Assembly: GCA_963801355.1 (NCBI GenBank)
Contig: CAWDEM010000008.1
Span: forward strand, 2,016,001-2,080,000
DNA: 64,000 bases
DNA from: Ignavibacteriota bacterium
GTDB lineage: Bacteria; Bacteroidota; Ignavibacteria; UBA10030; UBA6906
Direction: 5' to 3'
The number at the start of each line of letters is the position of its first letter. Position 1 is the first letter of the stretch. Under the pieces are notes generated by a model. The model saw only the letters and a list, made by a program, of their open reading frames with translations, was not told the origin of the DNA and made no database searches. Shown piece by piece: positions 46,175-55,687 of the stretch. Position numbers and translations under genes: made by a program.

Positions 46175-48994
46175 ATGCTCCCCGCTTCATACCGGAAATT
46201 CCTACGCCGCATTGCTGGAACCATCCCTCACAGCCGGATAATCACCGACCCTCTCCGCACACTTGTCTACGGCACGGATGCGAGTTTCTACAGGCTGATT
46301 CCCCGGGTCGTCCTCAAAGTGCAGACCGAGGAGGAGGTCATCGCCGTTCTCGGACACGCGCGCACACTCTTGCTGCCCGTGACGTTCCGGTGCGCCGGGA
46401 CCAGCCTTTCCGGACAAGCGGTGTCCGATTCGATCCTCGTCCTCCTGGGCAAGGGATGGACGCGCTGGTCCATCAGCCCGGACGCTTCGCACATCCGGTT
46501 GCAGCCGGGTGTTGTCGGTGCCCACGCAAACATGTTTCTCGCACCTCACGGCCGGAAGATCGGACCCGACCCCGCCTCCATCAATGCCGCCATGATCGGC
46601 GGAATTGCGGCGAACAATGCCAGCGGCATGTGCTGTGGAACGGCGCAGAACAGTTACCGGACGCTTGCTGCCATGCGGATCATTTTCGCGGACGGGTCAC
46701 TGCTCGACACCGGGGATCCGGAGAGCCGCCGCCAATTTGAAGAATCGCATTCAGCGTTGCTCGCAGCGGTCTCCGGCCTTGCTACGGCAGTGCGTGCCAA
46801 CCCACGCCTCGGCGACCGCATACGCACCAAGTTCAAGATGAAGAACACCACGGGATACAGCCTGAACGCGCTCGTGGATTTTGAAGATCCGATCGACATC
46901 ATTCAACACCTCATGATCGGATCAGAGGGAACGCTGGGCTTCATTGCCGAGATCACGTATGCCACCGTCCCCGAATACCCGCACAAAGCCAGCGCACTGA
47001 TGCTCTTTCCGGATATCGTCGCCGCCTGTTCTGCAGTTGCGGTGCTGAAGAGCGCGCCGGTAGAGGCCGTGGAGCTGATGGACCGTGCATCTCTTCGCTC
47101 CGTCGAGGACAAAGCAGGCATGCCCCGGTACCTCAAGGAGCTTGGCGCCGATGTCGCCGCCCTGCTTGTCGAAACGCGGGCTCCCTCCGCTGCACAGCTG
47201 GCCGGCAACATCTCCGCCATTACCGCCGCGCTCGGAGGCAGAACAACCGTCAGACCTCTCTCGTTCACCGACGCGGTGGAGGAATATTCCGTCCTCTGGA
47301 ACATCCGCAAAGGACTGTTTCCTTCGGTGGGAGCCATGCGGGAGTCGGGCACGACGGTGATCATTGAAGATGTGGCCTTCCCCGTGCCCCGGCTCGCGGA
47401 GGCAGCGCTTGACCTGCAGAGGATCTTCCGGAAGCACCGGTACGATGAAACGATCATTTTCGGACATGCCCTCGAAGGCAACCTGCACTTTGTGTTCACG
47501 CAGGAATTCTCCACGGAGGCCGAGGTGAACCGGTATCGCGCCTTCATGGACGACGTGACTTCGCTCGTGGTCAACAAATACGACGGCTCGCTCAAGGCGG
47601 AGCATGGCACAGGGCGCAACATGGCACCGTTTGTGGAGTTTGAATGGGGTCACGAAGCCTTTCTCCTGATGCAGGAAATCAAGAAGATCTTTGACCCCTT
47701 GCAGCTGCTGAATCCGGGCATTATTCTGAACGGCGACCGGCAGGCGCACATCAGGAACCTCAAACCGATGCCGGTGGCCCATCCGCTCATCGACAAATGC
47801 ATCGAATGCGGTTTCTGTGAGGTGCAATGCCCGTCGCATGACCTCACCCTCACGCCAAGGCAGCGGATTGTCGCAGTCCGCGAGATGGCGCGCCTGCGCG
47901 AGACCGAAGACGATCCCGCCCGGCTTGCCTTCTTCCGCAAGAAGTTCCGCTATGAAGGTGACGAGACATGCGCCACGGACGGCCTCTGCGCACTCAGCTG
48001 TCCCGTGAGTATTGACACCGGAAAACTGGTGAAGGAACTGCGCCACCTGGGGACGAGTCCGACGGCGAACAGCGTTGCGGCGTTGCTTTCGGAGAACATG
48101 GATGGCGTCACAGCATGGATGCGGGGCGGTCTTGAGGCGGTGCACGTTGCGCATAAGGTGCTGGGGACTTCACTTATGCGCGGGCTCTCAAAGGGTTTGC
48201 GTGCACTTTCCGGCGGTGCGATCCCCCTCTGGAACGAATTCATGCCCCGTGGCGCCGATGCCGTGCCGCACAGCGGACGCAGCCAGGAAACCCGGCCAAC
48301 GGTAGTCTACTTTCCGACCTGCATCAACCGCGCCATGGGTGTCGCAGACGGCGATGCCGATCAGCGCTCTCTTGTCACAGTGATCCACCTCCTTCTCGAA
48401 CGCGCGGGCTTTACAGTAGTCTATCCAGAGAATTTGTCGAACCTCTGCTGCGGGATGGCATTCGCAAGTAAAGGATACAAAGAACAGGGCGATCGGAAAG
48501 CACTGGAACTGGAAGAGGCATTGCTGAAAGCCTCGGAGAACGGCAGGTTCCCCGTGCTCGTCGACATGAGTCCGTGCCTCTTCCGGATGAAGGAGACCTT
48601 TGCTCCGGGCCTTTTCCTCTACGAACCCGTGAAATTTGTGCTTGAGCACATTGTGCCGCGCCTTACACTCAAGCGAGTGCCCGAAACAGTGGCCATCCAC
48701 ACAACATGCAGCGCGGAGAAAATGGGGCTCGCGGGCGATTTCAAGACGCTGGCCGGGATGTGTGCGGAGAAGGTTGTGGTACCGCACGGCGTAGGGTGCT
48801 GCGGCTGGGCGGGAGACCGGGGATTCACTTACCCGGAATTGAATGCCTCAGCACTCGCTTCCCTTCGAGGGTCTCTCCCGGCAGAGTGCACAGCGGGATA
48901 TTCGACCAGCCGCACGTGTGAGATCGGTTTGTCGCTCCACAGCGGTAAGCACTATCAATCGATCCTCTACATCGTTGAGAGGGCTACGCGGTGA
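46175..48994 (+). CDS. FAD- and Fe-S-binding D-lactate dehydrogenase-like protein (Dld-II type)
   Basis: FAD_binding_4 (GTSLSGQ, GPDPAS...GGIAANNASG), GHALEGNLH, KAEHGTG, CIECGFCEVQCP, CATDGLCALSCP, and two CCG domains. Confidence 0.9.
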   Translation: MLPASYRKFLRRIAGTIPHSRIITDPLRTLVYGTDASFYRLIPRVVLKVQTEEEVIAVLGHARTLLLPVTFRCAGTSLSGQAVSDSILVLLGKGWTRWSISPDASHIRLQPGVVGAHANMFLAPHGRKIGPDPASINAAMIGGIAANNASGMCCGTAQNSYRTLAAMRIIFADGSLLDTGDPESRRQFEESHSALLAAVSGLATAVRANPRLGDRIRTKFKMKNTTGYSLNALVDFEDPIDIIQHLMIGSEGTLGFIAEITYATVPEYPHKASALMLFPDIVAACSAVAVLKSAPVEAVELMDRASLRSVEDKAGMPRYLKELGADVAALLVETRAPSAAQLAGNISAITAALGGRTTVRPLSFTDAVEEYSVLWNIRKGLFPSVGAMRESGTTVIIEDVAFPVPRLAEAALDLQRIFRKHRYDETIIFGHALEGNLHFVFTQEFSTEAEVNRYRAFMDDVTSLVVNKYDGSLKAEHGTGRNMAPFVEFEWGHEAFLLMQEIKKIFDPLQLLNPGIILNGDRQAHIRNLKPMPVAHPLIDKCIECGFCEVQCPSHDLTLTPRQRIVAVREMARLRETEDDPARLAFFRKKFRYEGDETCATDGLCALSCPVSIDTGKLVKELRHLGTSPTANSVAALLSENMDGVTAWMRGGLEAVHVAHKVLGTSLMRGLSKGLRALSGGAIPLWNEFMPRGADAVPHSGRSQETRPTVVYFPTCINRAMGVADGDADQRSLVTVIHLLLERAGFTVVYPENLSNLCCGMAFASKGYKEQGDRKALELEEALLKASENGRFPVLVDMSPCLFRMKETFAPGLFLYEPVKFVLEHIVPRLTLKRVPETVAIHTTCSAEKMGLAGDFKTLAGMCAEKVVVPHGVGCCGWAGDRGFTYPELNASALASLRGSLPAECTAGYSTSRTCEIGLSLHSGKHYQSILYIVERATR

Positions 48995-49019
48995 AAAGCT
49001 ACGCGCTGACATCTTCAGC

Positions 49020-49048
49020 TTGACAAACTCATCCATATTGACTACTAT
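49020..49048 (+). promoter_or_regulatory. Sigma-70-like promoter
   Basis: TTGACA-N17-TACTAT upstream of the T9SS cargo gene. Confidence 0.6.
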
Positions 49049-49188
49049 TGCTCCATCCGCAGTGGTGCGCACACTGCCTCACCCGCCCGTTCATCGCGCA
49101 CCTCGTTCCTCCTGATTTGCCGCGTTCCCGCATTTCGGACCCCCGCGCCCTGACATACCATTCACTATTCATCAAAGGGAGCGGAGAC

Positions 49189-50670
49189 ATGAAAAAGCAA
49201 CTCTACACGGCAATCATACTCGCCGCTGTCGCACTCACACCCGGCAACGTGCGGGCACAACCATGGCACTATAATTTCGGATCGTCGACGGGCATTTTTG
49301 CGACTCCTTCCGGCAGCGATTCAACCGTATTTCTGCCCCCCGCCGAACCGGATGGCGGAAAACCACGGGTGAGAATCGGCACAACAGGCGGCAGCTTCAA
49401 TCTGGAAGATCAGCTCATAGCGTTCGGATCCAACTCGTATTTTCGTGGAGTGGCGCCGACCAGCACATCCGTCAACAAGTTCTCGATCTACAACTACGCC
49501 GCCGGCCAGGCGTTTACTCTGCGATTCCGGCTACGCCTGGGGGCATCCGACGGTTCCGCATCAGCCTCATCGGGGACCTGGTCCTTGTTCATCGGCGATG
49601 GTCCGAACTACAGCGATAACAGCAGCTTCTCCGGCAGTCAGGTGTTCACCGGTCTACGATGGCAATTCGGCACCGAGGGAGCAATCACCATGCAGTATCG
49701 CAACGCGGGGGCATGGTCCACTGCCGGACTAACTGGAGCTTCTATCGTCCAGGGTCAGAACTTCGTGGTCGAGGTCTACGGCAACAACGGGATGGCGGCG
49801 CTACCTTATAGTCTCGAAGGTGGACAGGCTGTTGCCCCGCAGTCGTTCGATCTCTGGATCGACGGCGTGCTCGTCGGGGACGATCTTCCAAAGGGGTTGC
49901 TCGCTGACGCCTCGACAATCGACTCCTGGATGTTCTACGGTGAATCAAGCACGGGAAATGTCGCAAATATTTTTCTCGATGATATCGTGTACACAAACGG
50001 AATTGCCGAGACGCGCTTGCCTGTCAGTCTTGCGTCGTTATTCGCCTGTGCCGTTGACGCCAACACGGTCACGCTTTCATGGCGCACGCTTTCGGAGGTG
50101 GCGAATTACGGTTTCGAAGTGGAAAAATCAACCGACGGGATATTTTTCGCGGTCATTCCCGGGAGCTTCATTCCCGGGCACGGCACGACCAACACCCCAT
50201 TCGACTACGCCTTCACCGATCACCAGGCGGAGCCGGGAGTTCGGTTCTACCGACTGCGCCAGCTGGACCTCGACGGCACAGTCCACATAAGCGATCCCGT
50301 GAGAGTAGAGGTTCTGACAGGCACTCCTGAAGCCGCGTCCGGAGGCTTCATGCTCGGCCAGAATTACCCTAATCCTTTCAATCCGAGCACGACGATAGGT
50401 TACAGCCTGCCGGCTGCAGGCAATGGGCACGAGGCTACGGGCAATAGGCACGAGGCGACAGGCACGTGGCGGGTACGGGTCGGCGTGTACGACATCCTGG
50501 GCCGGGAGGTGGCAGTACTGGTCAATGGAACAATATCGCCGGGCACACACGCGGTGAGCTTCAATGCGTCAGGTCTCGCGGGGGGTGTCTATTTCTATCG
50601 TCTGACGACAATGAGCGTGAATGGAGGCGCTGCACATTCCGATGTGAAACGGATGGTGTTGTCGAAGTAA
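49189..50670 (+). CDS. Secreted beta-sandwich protein with T9SS type A C-terminal sorting domain
   Basis: Signal peptide, LPVSLASL...YRLRQLDLDG Ig-like domain and GQNYPNPFNPST...KRMVLSK tail. Confidence 0.85.
   Translation: MKKQLYTAIILAAVALTPGNVRAQPWHYNFGSSTGIFATPSGSDSTVFLPPAEPDGGKPRVRIGTTGGSFNLEDQLIAFGSNSYFRGVAPTSTSVNKFSIYNYAAGQAFTLRFRLRLGASDGSASASSGTWSLFIGDGPNYSDNSSFSGSQVFTGLRWQFGTEGAITMQYRNAGAWSTAGLTGASIVQGQNFVVEVYGNNGMAALPYSLEGGQAVAPQSFDLWIDGVLVGDDLPKGLLADASTIDSWMFYGESSTGNVANIFLDDIVYTNGIAETRLPVSLASLFACAVDANTVTLSWRTLSEVANYGFEVEKSTDGIFFAVIPGSFIPGHGTTNTPFDYAFTDHQAEPGVRFYRLRQLDLDGTVHISDPVRVEVLTGTPEAASGGFMLGQNYPNPFNPSTTIGYSLPAAGNGHEATGNRHEATGTWRVRVGVYDILGREVAVLVNGTISPGTHAVSFNASGLAGGVYFYRLTTMSVNGGAAHSDVKRMVLSK
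50419..50467 (+). repeat. Degenerate 7-bp tandem repeat (GGCnnnn x7) inside the T9SS CTD coding sequence
   Basis: ggcaatg ggcacga ggctacg ggcaata ggcacga ggcgaca ggcacgt, translated as GNGHEATGNRHEATGT. Confidence 0.75.
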
Positions 50671-50684
50671 GGCTTCGAACGGCA

Positions 50685-50720
50685 ACCGCCCCATGAGGTT
50701 TCCGCATCTCACGGGGCGGT
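50685..50720. terminator. Hairpin between convergent genes
   Basis: ACCGCCCC-atgag...ctcac-GGGGCGGT. Confidence 0.55.
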
Positions 50721-50752
50721 CGAATGAAGAGCGTACAGACGCCGCCGGCAAT

Positions 50753-51529
50753 CTATGCCAGGAATTCCAGTACCACACGTCGGAACTCATCCGGAGCATC
50801 CGCATGAACCCAGTGTCCGGCCGTAGGAATCCCGAAAAACTCCGCGTTGGGGAAAAGCTCCAGAATTGCTGGATGGTCAGCCTCAGTGAGAAAGTCCGAT
50901 CGCCCCCCCGAAACAAAGAGTGCCGGACCTGGGAACCGGCCACCGGATGTCAGGGGACCGATCAACGCACCATAGTTGCGGGTAATGGAATCGAGATCCA
51001 TTTTCCACGTGTAGCTCCCATCTTCCTGCCGTTTCAGATTGGTCGCCAGGAATTGGCGTACCGTTGGATCTACGATCGCCGGCGCGATGGTGGTATCCAC
51101 ATCTTCGCGCGACCGGACAGTGGTGAGGTCAACGCTCCACAGAGCATCAAGAATAGCGTCATGGCGGGGAGGATCACCCTGCGGGCGGATGTCCACCACG
51201 ATGAGCTTCCGCACTTCATGAGGATAGCTCAACGCGAATTGCATCGCTGTTTTCCCGCCCATCGAGTGACCGAGGAGATGGACGGGCGCGAGATGATGCC
51301 TGCCGATGAATTCCCGGAGATCATCGGCCATGACCGTATAGTTCATTGATGCGGCGTGCGGTGACGCGCCATGGTTCCGCTGGTCAACCGTGAACACCTG
51401 GAAGTGCTTCCCGAGGAATGCCGCATGGGAATGCCAATTGTTGAGGGAGCCGAAGAGTCCATGAAGGATCACCAGAGGGGAACCGGCACCATAGGTGCGA
51501 TAGTGCAGCTCGAGCGGTTCCAACGTCAC
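50753..51529 (-). CDS. Alpha/beta hydrolase (YbfF/ABHD11-like esterase)
   Basis: LHGLFGS, DQRNHGAS, GHSMGGK nucleophile and AGHWVHAD. GTG start overlaps the dipeptidase stop. Confidence 0.92.
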   Translation of the reverse strand: MTLEPLELHYRTYGAGSPLVILHGLFGSLNNWHSHAAFLGKHFQVFTVDQRNHGASPHAASMNYTVMADDLREFIGRHHLAPVHLLGHSMGGKTAMQFALSYPHEVRKLIVVDIRPQGDPPRHDAILDALWSVDLTTVRSREDVDTTIAPAIVDPTVRQFLATNLKRQEDGSYTWKMDLDSITRNYGALIGPLTSGGRFPGPALFVSGGRSDFLTEADHPAILELFPNAEFFGIPTAGHWVHADAPDEFRRVVLEFLA

Positions 51530-52677
51530 TCTCCCCGCGCGCACTTCTCCACCGCCCGCCACACCCTGAAGACATTTCCCGAACACACCTTTTCGATCTG
51601 TTCCCGGGTGTACCCCATCTTCAGGAGCTCCGCGATGAGGTTTGGATAGCCGGAGACGTCCTTCAGGCCGGTCGGCAGGTCGTCTCCCAGGCCGTCAAAA
51701 TCCGAACCGATGCCCACGTGATCGATGCCGACAAGACGGGCCACATAGTCGATGTGCTCCGCCACATTTTTCACATCCGCATAGCGCCGCGGCGTTCCCT
51801 TGGATGTGCTGTCATTAACTGTTCGCAAGCTGTCGACGAGGAACATTGAACCGAAATTGATGTCGATGACCCCACCGTTGGCAGCGAGAGCACGGAGGAG
51901 GTCGTCGCTCATATTCCGTTCGAAGCCCGGTGTGAAATAGCGGCACGCTGAATGGGTGGCAAGTACCGGCGCGCGGGAGAGCCGGAGCACATCAAATGCC
52001 GCGCTGTCCGAAAGATGGGAAATATCGATCATCATCCCGACGCGGTTCATTTCGGCGACGAGACGTTTGCCGAACGGGCTGAGTCCGTTCCAGGGGCGCG
52101 TTGTGTCCCACGAAGCGTCGCCGATGTGATTTGCGTGGACATGGGTCAGCGTGATATACCGGACGCCCCGATCATGGAACAGCTGCACATTGCTCAGGTC
52201 CCCCTCAAGCGGCGCACCGTTCTCGATACCCAGGGCGATCGCCACCTGTCCGCGTTTCCGGGCCGGGGCGATTTCACCGGCAGTGCGCACCAGGGCAAAG
52301 CGATCCGGTCGCCGGGCTACGAGCTGCTCGATACCCGCGATGGATTTCTCCGCGAATTCCTTCGCGCCTCCGTTGGTTTCGTAGGAATGCGGGACGTACA
52401 CTGCAAAGAAGGCACAGTCCAATCCGCCTTCCATGGCGCGGGGATAATCGAAACAAGTGGTGTCCGTCCGTTCCGCCACATCCACCGACCGCCCGAGCAG
52501 GCGGTACGGAACATCAAGATGCGTATCCACAATGACGAGCTCGTGCGCCAGGCGTTCAGCCTCATCATGCACTGCACGATCGTTCGTCATCCTGACCTCT
52601 CCGCAACCACTGCAGGAGAGTGCTCCAATCACGACGCACCAGCCCGCGATGGGCATCCATTTCGGCATACGCATCAT
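51526..52677 (-). CDS. Membrane dipeptidase (peptidase M19)
   Basis: DTHLD, GIENG, YITLTH, IDISH, ATHS and GIGSDFDG. Confidence 0.93.
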   Translation of the reverse strand: MMRMPKWMPIAGWCVVIGALSCSGCGEVRMTNDRAVHDEAERLAHELVIVDTHLDVPYRLLGRSVDVAERTDTTCFDYPRAMEGGLDCAFFAVYVPHSYETNGGAKEFAEKSIAGIEQLVARRPDRFALVRTAGEIAPARKRGQVAIALGIENGAPLEGDLSNVQLFHDRGVRYITLTHVHANHIGDASWDTTRPWNGLSPFGKRLVAEMNRVGMMIDISHLSDSAAFDVLRLSRAPVLATHSACRYFTPGFERNMSDDLLRALAANGGVIDINFGSMFLVDSLRTVNDSTSKGTPRRYADVKNVAEHIDYVARLVGIDHVGIGSDFDGLGDDLPTGLKDVSGYPNLIAELLKMGYTREQIEKVCSGNVFRVWRAVEKCARGE

Positions 52678-53699
52678 GCACTCCCTCCTTGCATCCCCCC
52701 TGTCATTGCAGCATCCAGGACCAGTTGATTCGCCAGTCCGTTTTCACCCGGACTCTCGAGTTCGCTGCCTTCCAGTACCGCCCTGGTAAAATGCCGCACT
52801 TCTTCGGTCACGAGATTAGGGATTGAAAACGTCTTGGCGATGGTCTCCGGATGCGCATCGGTCCCGAGCGTCATCGTCATGACAGTGTCATGACCGCCGG
52901 AGCTGAAATCCCCCACCCTGATCAACCCTTGTGTTCCGATGATTTCCAGCTGTTTATCGCGCATGGAGGAGGAATAGGAACAGAACACCGTCCCGATCGT
53001 GCCGCGTGAGAATTTGAGCCCGATCAATGCGCTCTCTTCGGTCTCCTCCGGTGTCGGGGAGGGCGAGAGGACACTGCGGACGGACACGACGTCGTCTTCA
53101 AGAAGGAACCGGAGAGTATCTAGACAATGGACCCCGATATCGAACACCGGTCCCCCACCCGCAATCGCCCGCTTATGCAGCCATCCGCGACGGCTCTTGC
53201 GCCCGTCATACACAAAATCAGCACGGGCATACGCGATAGAACCGAGGACGCCCGAACGAATGAGGTTGCGGATGTGCCGGATCAGGGGAGAGAAGCGTAC
53301 CAGATGGCCCACCATGAGACGCACACCAGCGATCCGGCATGCCTCGATCATCTGTCCCGCCTCTCGCACGTTGAGCGCCATCGGTTTTTCCACCAGGACG
53401 TGTTTGCCTGCCTTCGCGGCGGTGAGGGTTTCCGGGCAGTGAGCAGCATTTGCAGAGACGATGAATACGGCGTCCACATCAGGGTGGGCCACAAGCTCTT
53501 CCGCCGAGGAAAACGACAGCCGGACGCCGTGCGTCCGTGCTTTTGCCGCAGCCTCGGCGGGGGATCGTTTCTGCAGGGCAACCACCTCGACATTGTCCGC
53601 AGCGCGCATCGCGGGAAGCACGGCACGCTCCGCAAATTCGCCGAAGCCTATGATGCCAAAGCGCAGTCTGCGCGAAGAAGTCATTGCGACCTCCGCCAT
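52674..53699 (-). CDS. Gfo/Idh/MocA-family oxidoreductase
   Basis: GIIGFG, GKHVLVEKPMA and GGGPVFDIGVH. Confidence 0.92.
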   Translation of the reverse strand: MAEVAMTSSRRLRFGIIGFGEFAERAVLPAMRAADNVEVVALQKRSPAEAAAKARTHGVRLSFSSAEELVAHPDVDAVFIVSANAAHCPETLTAAKAGKHVLVEKPMALNVREAGQMIEACRIAGVRLMVGHLVRFSPLIRHIRNLIRSGVLGSIAYARADFVYDGRKSRRGWLHKRAIAGGGPVFDIGVHCLDTLRFLLEDDVVSVRSVLSPSPTPEETEESALIGLKFSRGTIGTVFCSYSSSMRDKQLEIIGTQGLIRVGDFSSGGHDTVMTMTLGTDAHPETIAKTFSIPNLVTEEVRHFTRAVLEGSELESPGENGLANQLVLDAAMTGGMQGGSA

Positions 53700-54985
53700 C
53701 CATACATGATCAACGCAACGGTTGCCACGGCTCCTATGCCGGCGAAGTAGTACCAGATGTAATGCGCATGATCGTAGGCATGGACCATCTGTTCCGGCGT
53801 CAATGTCCGGGGATCAGGACAGTATGCGTTGAGAAGGTAGCCGGAGACGGCAAAGCCGATGATGGCGGCGAAGAACGTATGAAGATGCGCAAAACCCAGG
53901 TACAACCCCTCCTGTCCGCGCGGCGCCTGCTTCGAAAAGAACTCCAGGTACCGTGGCGATATGAAACACTCCGCAAGCCCCTGCACCGTGATACCGATGA
54001 CGAGCATCACCGTGATGGGATGCGCCTTGATGAAGCCCGCAATCACCATCTCTTCCCCGCTCCACCCCTCAATCACTCCCCCCATCGACATGCAGAGGGC
54101 TGAGAGCGGCATGAGCGCCATACCGACAATCATCGACGTCAGGGCGCTGGTCTTCTTCATCAGATGTGTCACCAGCATAACTGTTGTGACAACGACGAAT
54201 GGATTGACGTTGGCAATCCATTCCGGGGCAGCTGTCGGCCCGACAGTGCGGAGCACGTACTTCGGCATCGTGGCGTACATCTGCTGCTGGATCACCCAGA
54301 ACCCCGTGACAATCAGGATAAGCACAAGCAGGCGACCATTGGTGACCACGTCACGGAACCCGATCCACACCTCGCGGAGCGTCTTCGTACGGTCGGTAGC
54401 GTCGACCTGTTTGTAGAAGATCGCAACGGCGATGAGCGCCACAAACGTTAATCCTGCCGCATACAGGTTGATCGTTTCCAGGCCCATGTAGATCCGGAGG
54501 GGATAGGCAATGGCTTTGCCGGAAAATGCCCCGATATTCACCATCCCGTAGAAAATGGAATACGCACGGGCACGGGAGTGCTCATCGGTTGTTTTGGCGA
54601 CCGTTCCCGTGATGATTGATTTGATGAACGACCCGCCGATCATTGTGACAACGAGGGCGGGTATGACCGTCTCCTTGTAGGGGAACAATCCAAGCGTGGA
54701 GTAACCTATCGTCAGCAGGGAAAACGCCACCAGCATTGCACGGCGGAAACCCATGGTATCCGCGAGGGCACCGCTGAAAGGGGGGAGCAGATAGAGGCCT
54801 CCCGCAAAAAGTCCGCCGATCCAGGCCGCATTGATGTCGCTGAAACCCACGACATTGGTGAGATAGAGCGTCAACGCAACGAACATCCCGTAGTATGCCG
54901 CCCGCTCCAGCAACTCGACGATGTTGGCGGTCCAGAACGCGCGCGGGAAATGCCATGAGTGCGCAGAAGCCAAGGAGGTCCTCAT
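53681..54985 (-). CDS. MFS transporter, POT/peptide-transporter-like
   Basis: ELLERAAYYG (ExxERxxYYG), AYSIFYGMVNIG and AECFISP; about 12 TM helices. Confidence 0.88.
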   Translation of the reverse strand: MRTSLASAHSWHFPRAFWTANIVELLERAAYYGMFVALTLYLTNVVGFSDINAAWIGGLFAGGLYLLPPFSGALADTMGFRRAMLVAFSLLTIGYSTLGLFPYKETVIPALVVTMIGGSFIKSIITGTVAKTTDEHSRARAYSIFYGMVNIGAFSGKAIAYPLRIYMGLETINLYAAGLTFVALIAVAIFYKQVDATDRTKTLREVWIGFRDVVTNGRLLVLILIVTGFWVIQQQMYATMPKYVLRTVGPTAAPEWIANVNPFVVVTTVMLVTHLMKKTSALTSMIVGMALMPLSALCMSMGGVIEGWSGEEMVIAGFIKAHPITVMLVIGITVQGLAECFISPRYLEFFSKQAPRGQEGLYLGFAHLHTFFAAIIGFAVSGYLLNAYCPDPRTLTPEQMVHAYDHAHYIWYYFAGIGAVATVALIMYGWRRSQ

Positions 54986-55009
54986 GAATCACACGATGAT
55001 GATATGCAA

Positions 55010-55039
55010 ACGGGGCGGCAAGAAAGATCGCCGCCCCGT
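55010..55039 (-). terminator. Terminator-like hairpin after ferritin
   Basis: ACGGGGCGGC-N10-GCCGCCCCGT. Confidence 0.6.
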
Positions 55040-55065
55040 ACAGGATCAGGGTGTCCGATACGCTG

Positions 55066-55560
55066 CTACTCTTTTCCCCTCGCACGAAGGTGCCGGTCGA
55101 CCATGAGCAATGCCGGGCCGGACTCGCCGGACATTTTCAGCAGCTCGACGATTTCCGAGGCGTTCTTCTCCTCCTCGACTTGCTCTTTGATGAACCACTG
55201 GAGCTCGATCTGCGATGCAACATCTTGCTCTTTTGTGGAAGCTTTATACAGGTCGTTGATCAGCGCCGTTACTTTTTGTTCATGTGCGTAGACCTGCTGG
55301 AAGATTCCCAGGAGATTCGAAAACTTTGTGACGGGCTTTTCAATCGCCTGCAGGGTGACGCGGCCGCCCCGTTCGTAGACGTACTTGAACAGCTTCATTG
55401 CGTGCGAGAGTTCTTCCTGCCATTGCGCCTGGAGCCAATGCGCCGCGCCCGGAAGATTCACCGCCTCACAATGGGCGGACATGGAAAGATAAAGATACGC
55501 AGACTCGATCTCGTTGCGAATCTGCTCGTTGAACGCATCCTGTAGGGTTTTACTGAGCAT
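55066..55560 (-). CDS. ftnA: Non-heme ferritin
   Basis: [31 protein letters not shown] and [12 protein letters not shown] ferroxidase residues. Confidence 0.93.
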   Translation of the reverse strand: MLSKTLQDAFNEQIRNEIESAYLYLSMSAHCEAVNLPGAAHWLQAQWQEELSHAMKLFKYVYERGGRVTLQAIEKPVTKFSNLLGIFQQVYAHEQKVTALINDLYKASTKEQDVASQIELQWFIKEQVEEEKNASEIVELLKMSGESGPALLMVDRHLRARGKE

Positions 55561-55596
55561 GGGTGCTGTCCTTTTGACTGGTTATGGAAGTGTTTA

Positions 55597-55638
55597 AAGC
55601 TACCAACTGCGGCACCTAAAGTCAATGAAATCATCAAC
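55597..55638 (-). promoter_or_regulatory. Candidate ferritin promoter with overlapping imperfect palindrome
   Basis: Minus strand TTGACT-N17-TAGCTT (55625-55597); imperfect palindrome GTCAATGAAATCATCAAC at 55621-55638. Confidence 0.4.
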
Positions 55639-55687
55639 ATTCTCGGGTTTGCACCATCGCCCCGACGTGCGTATCTTAAACCATTCC

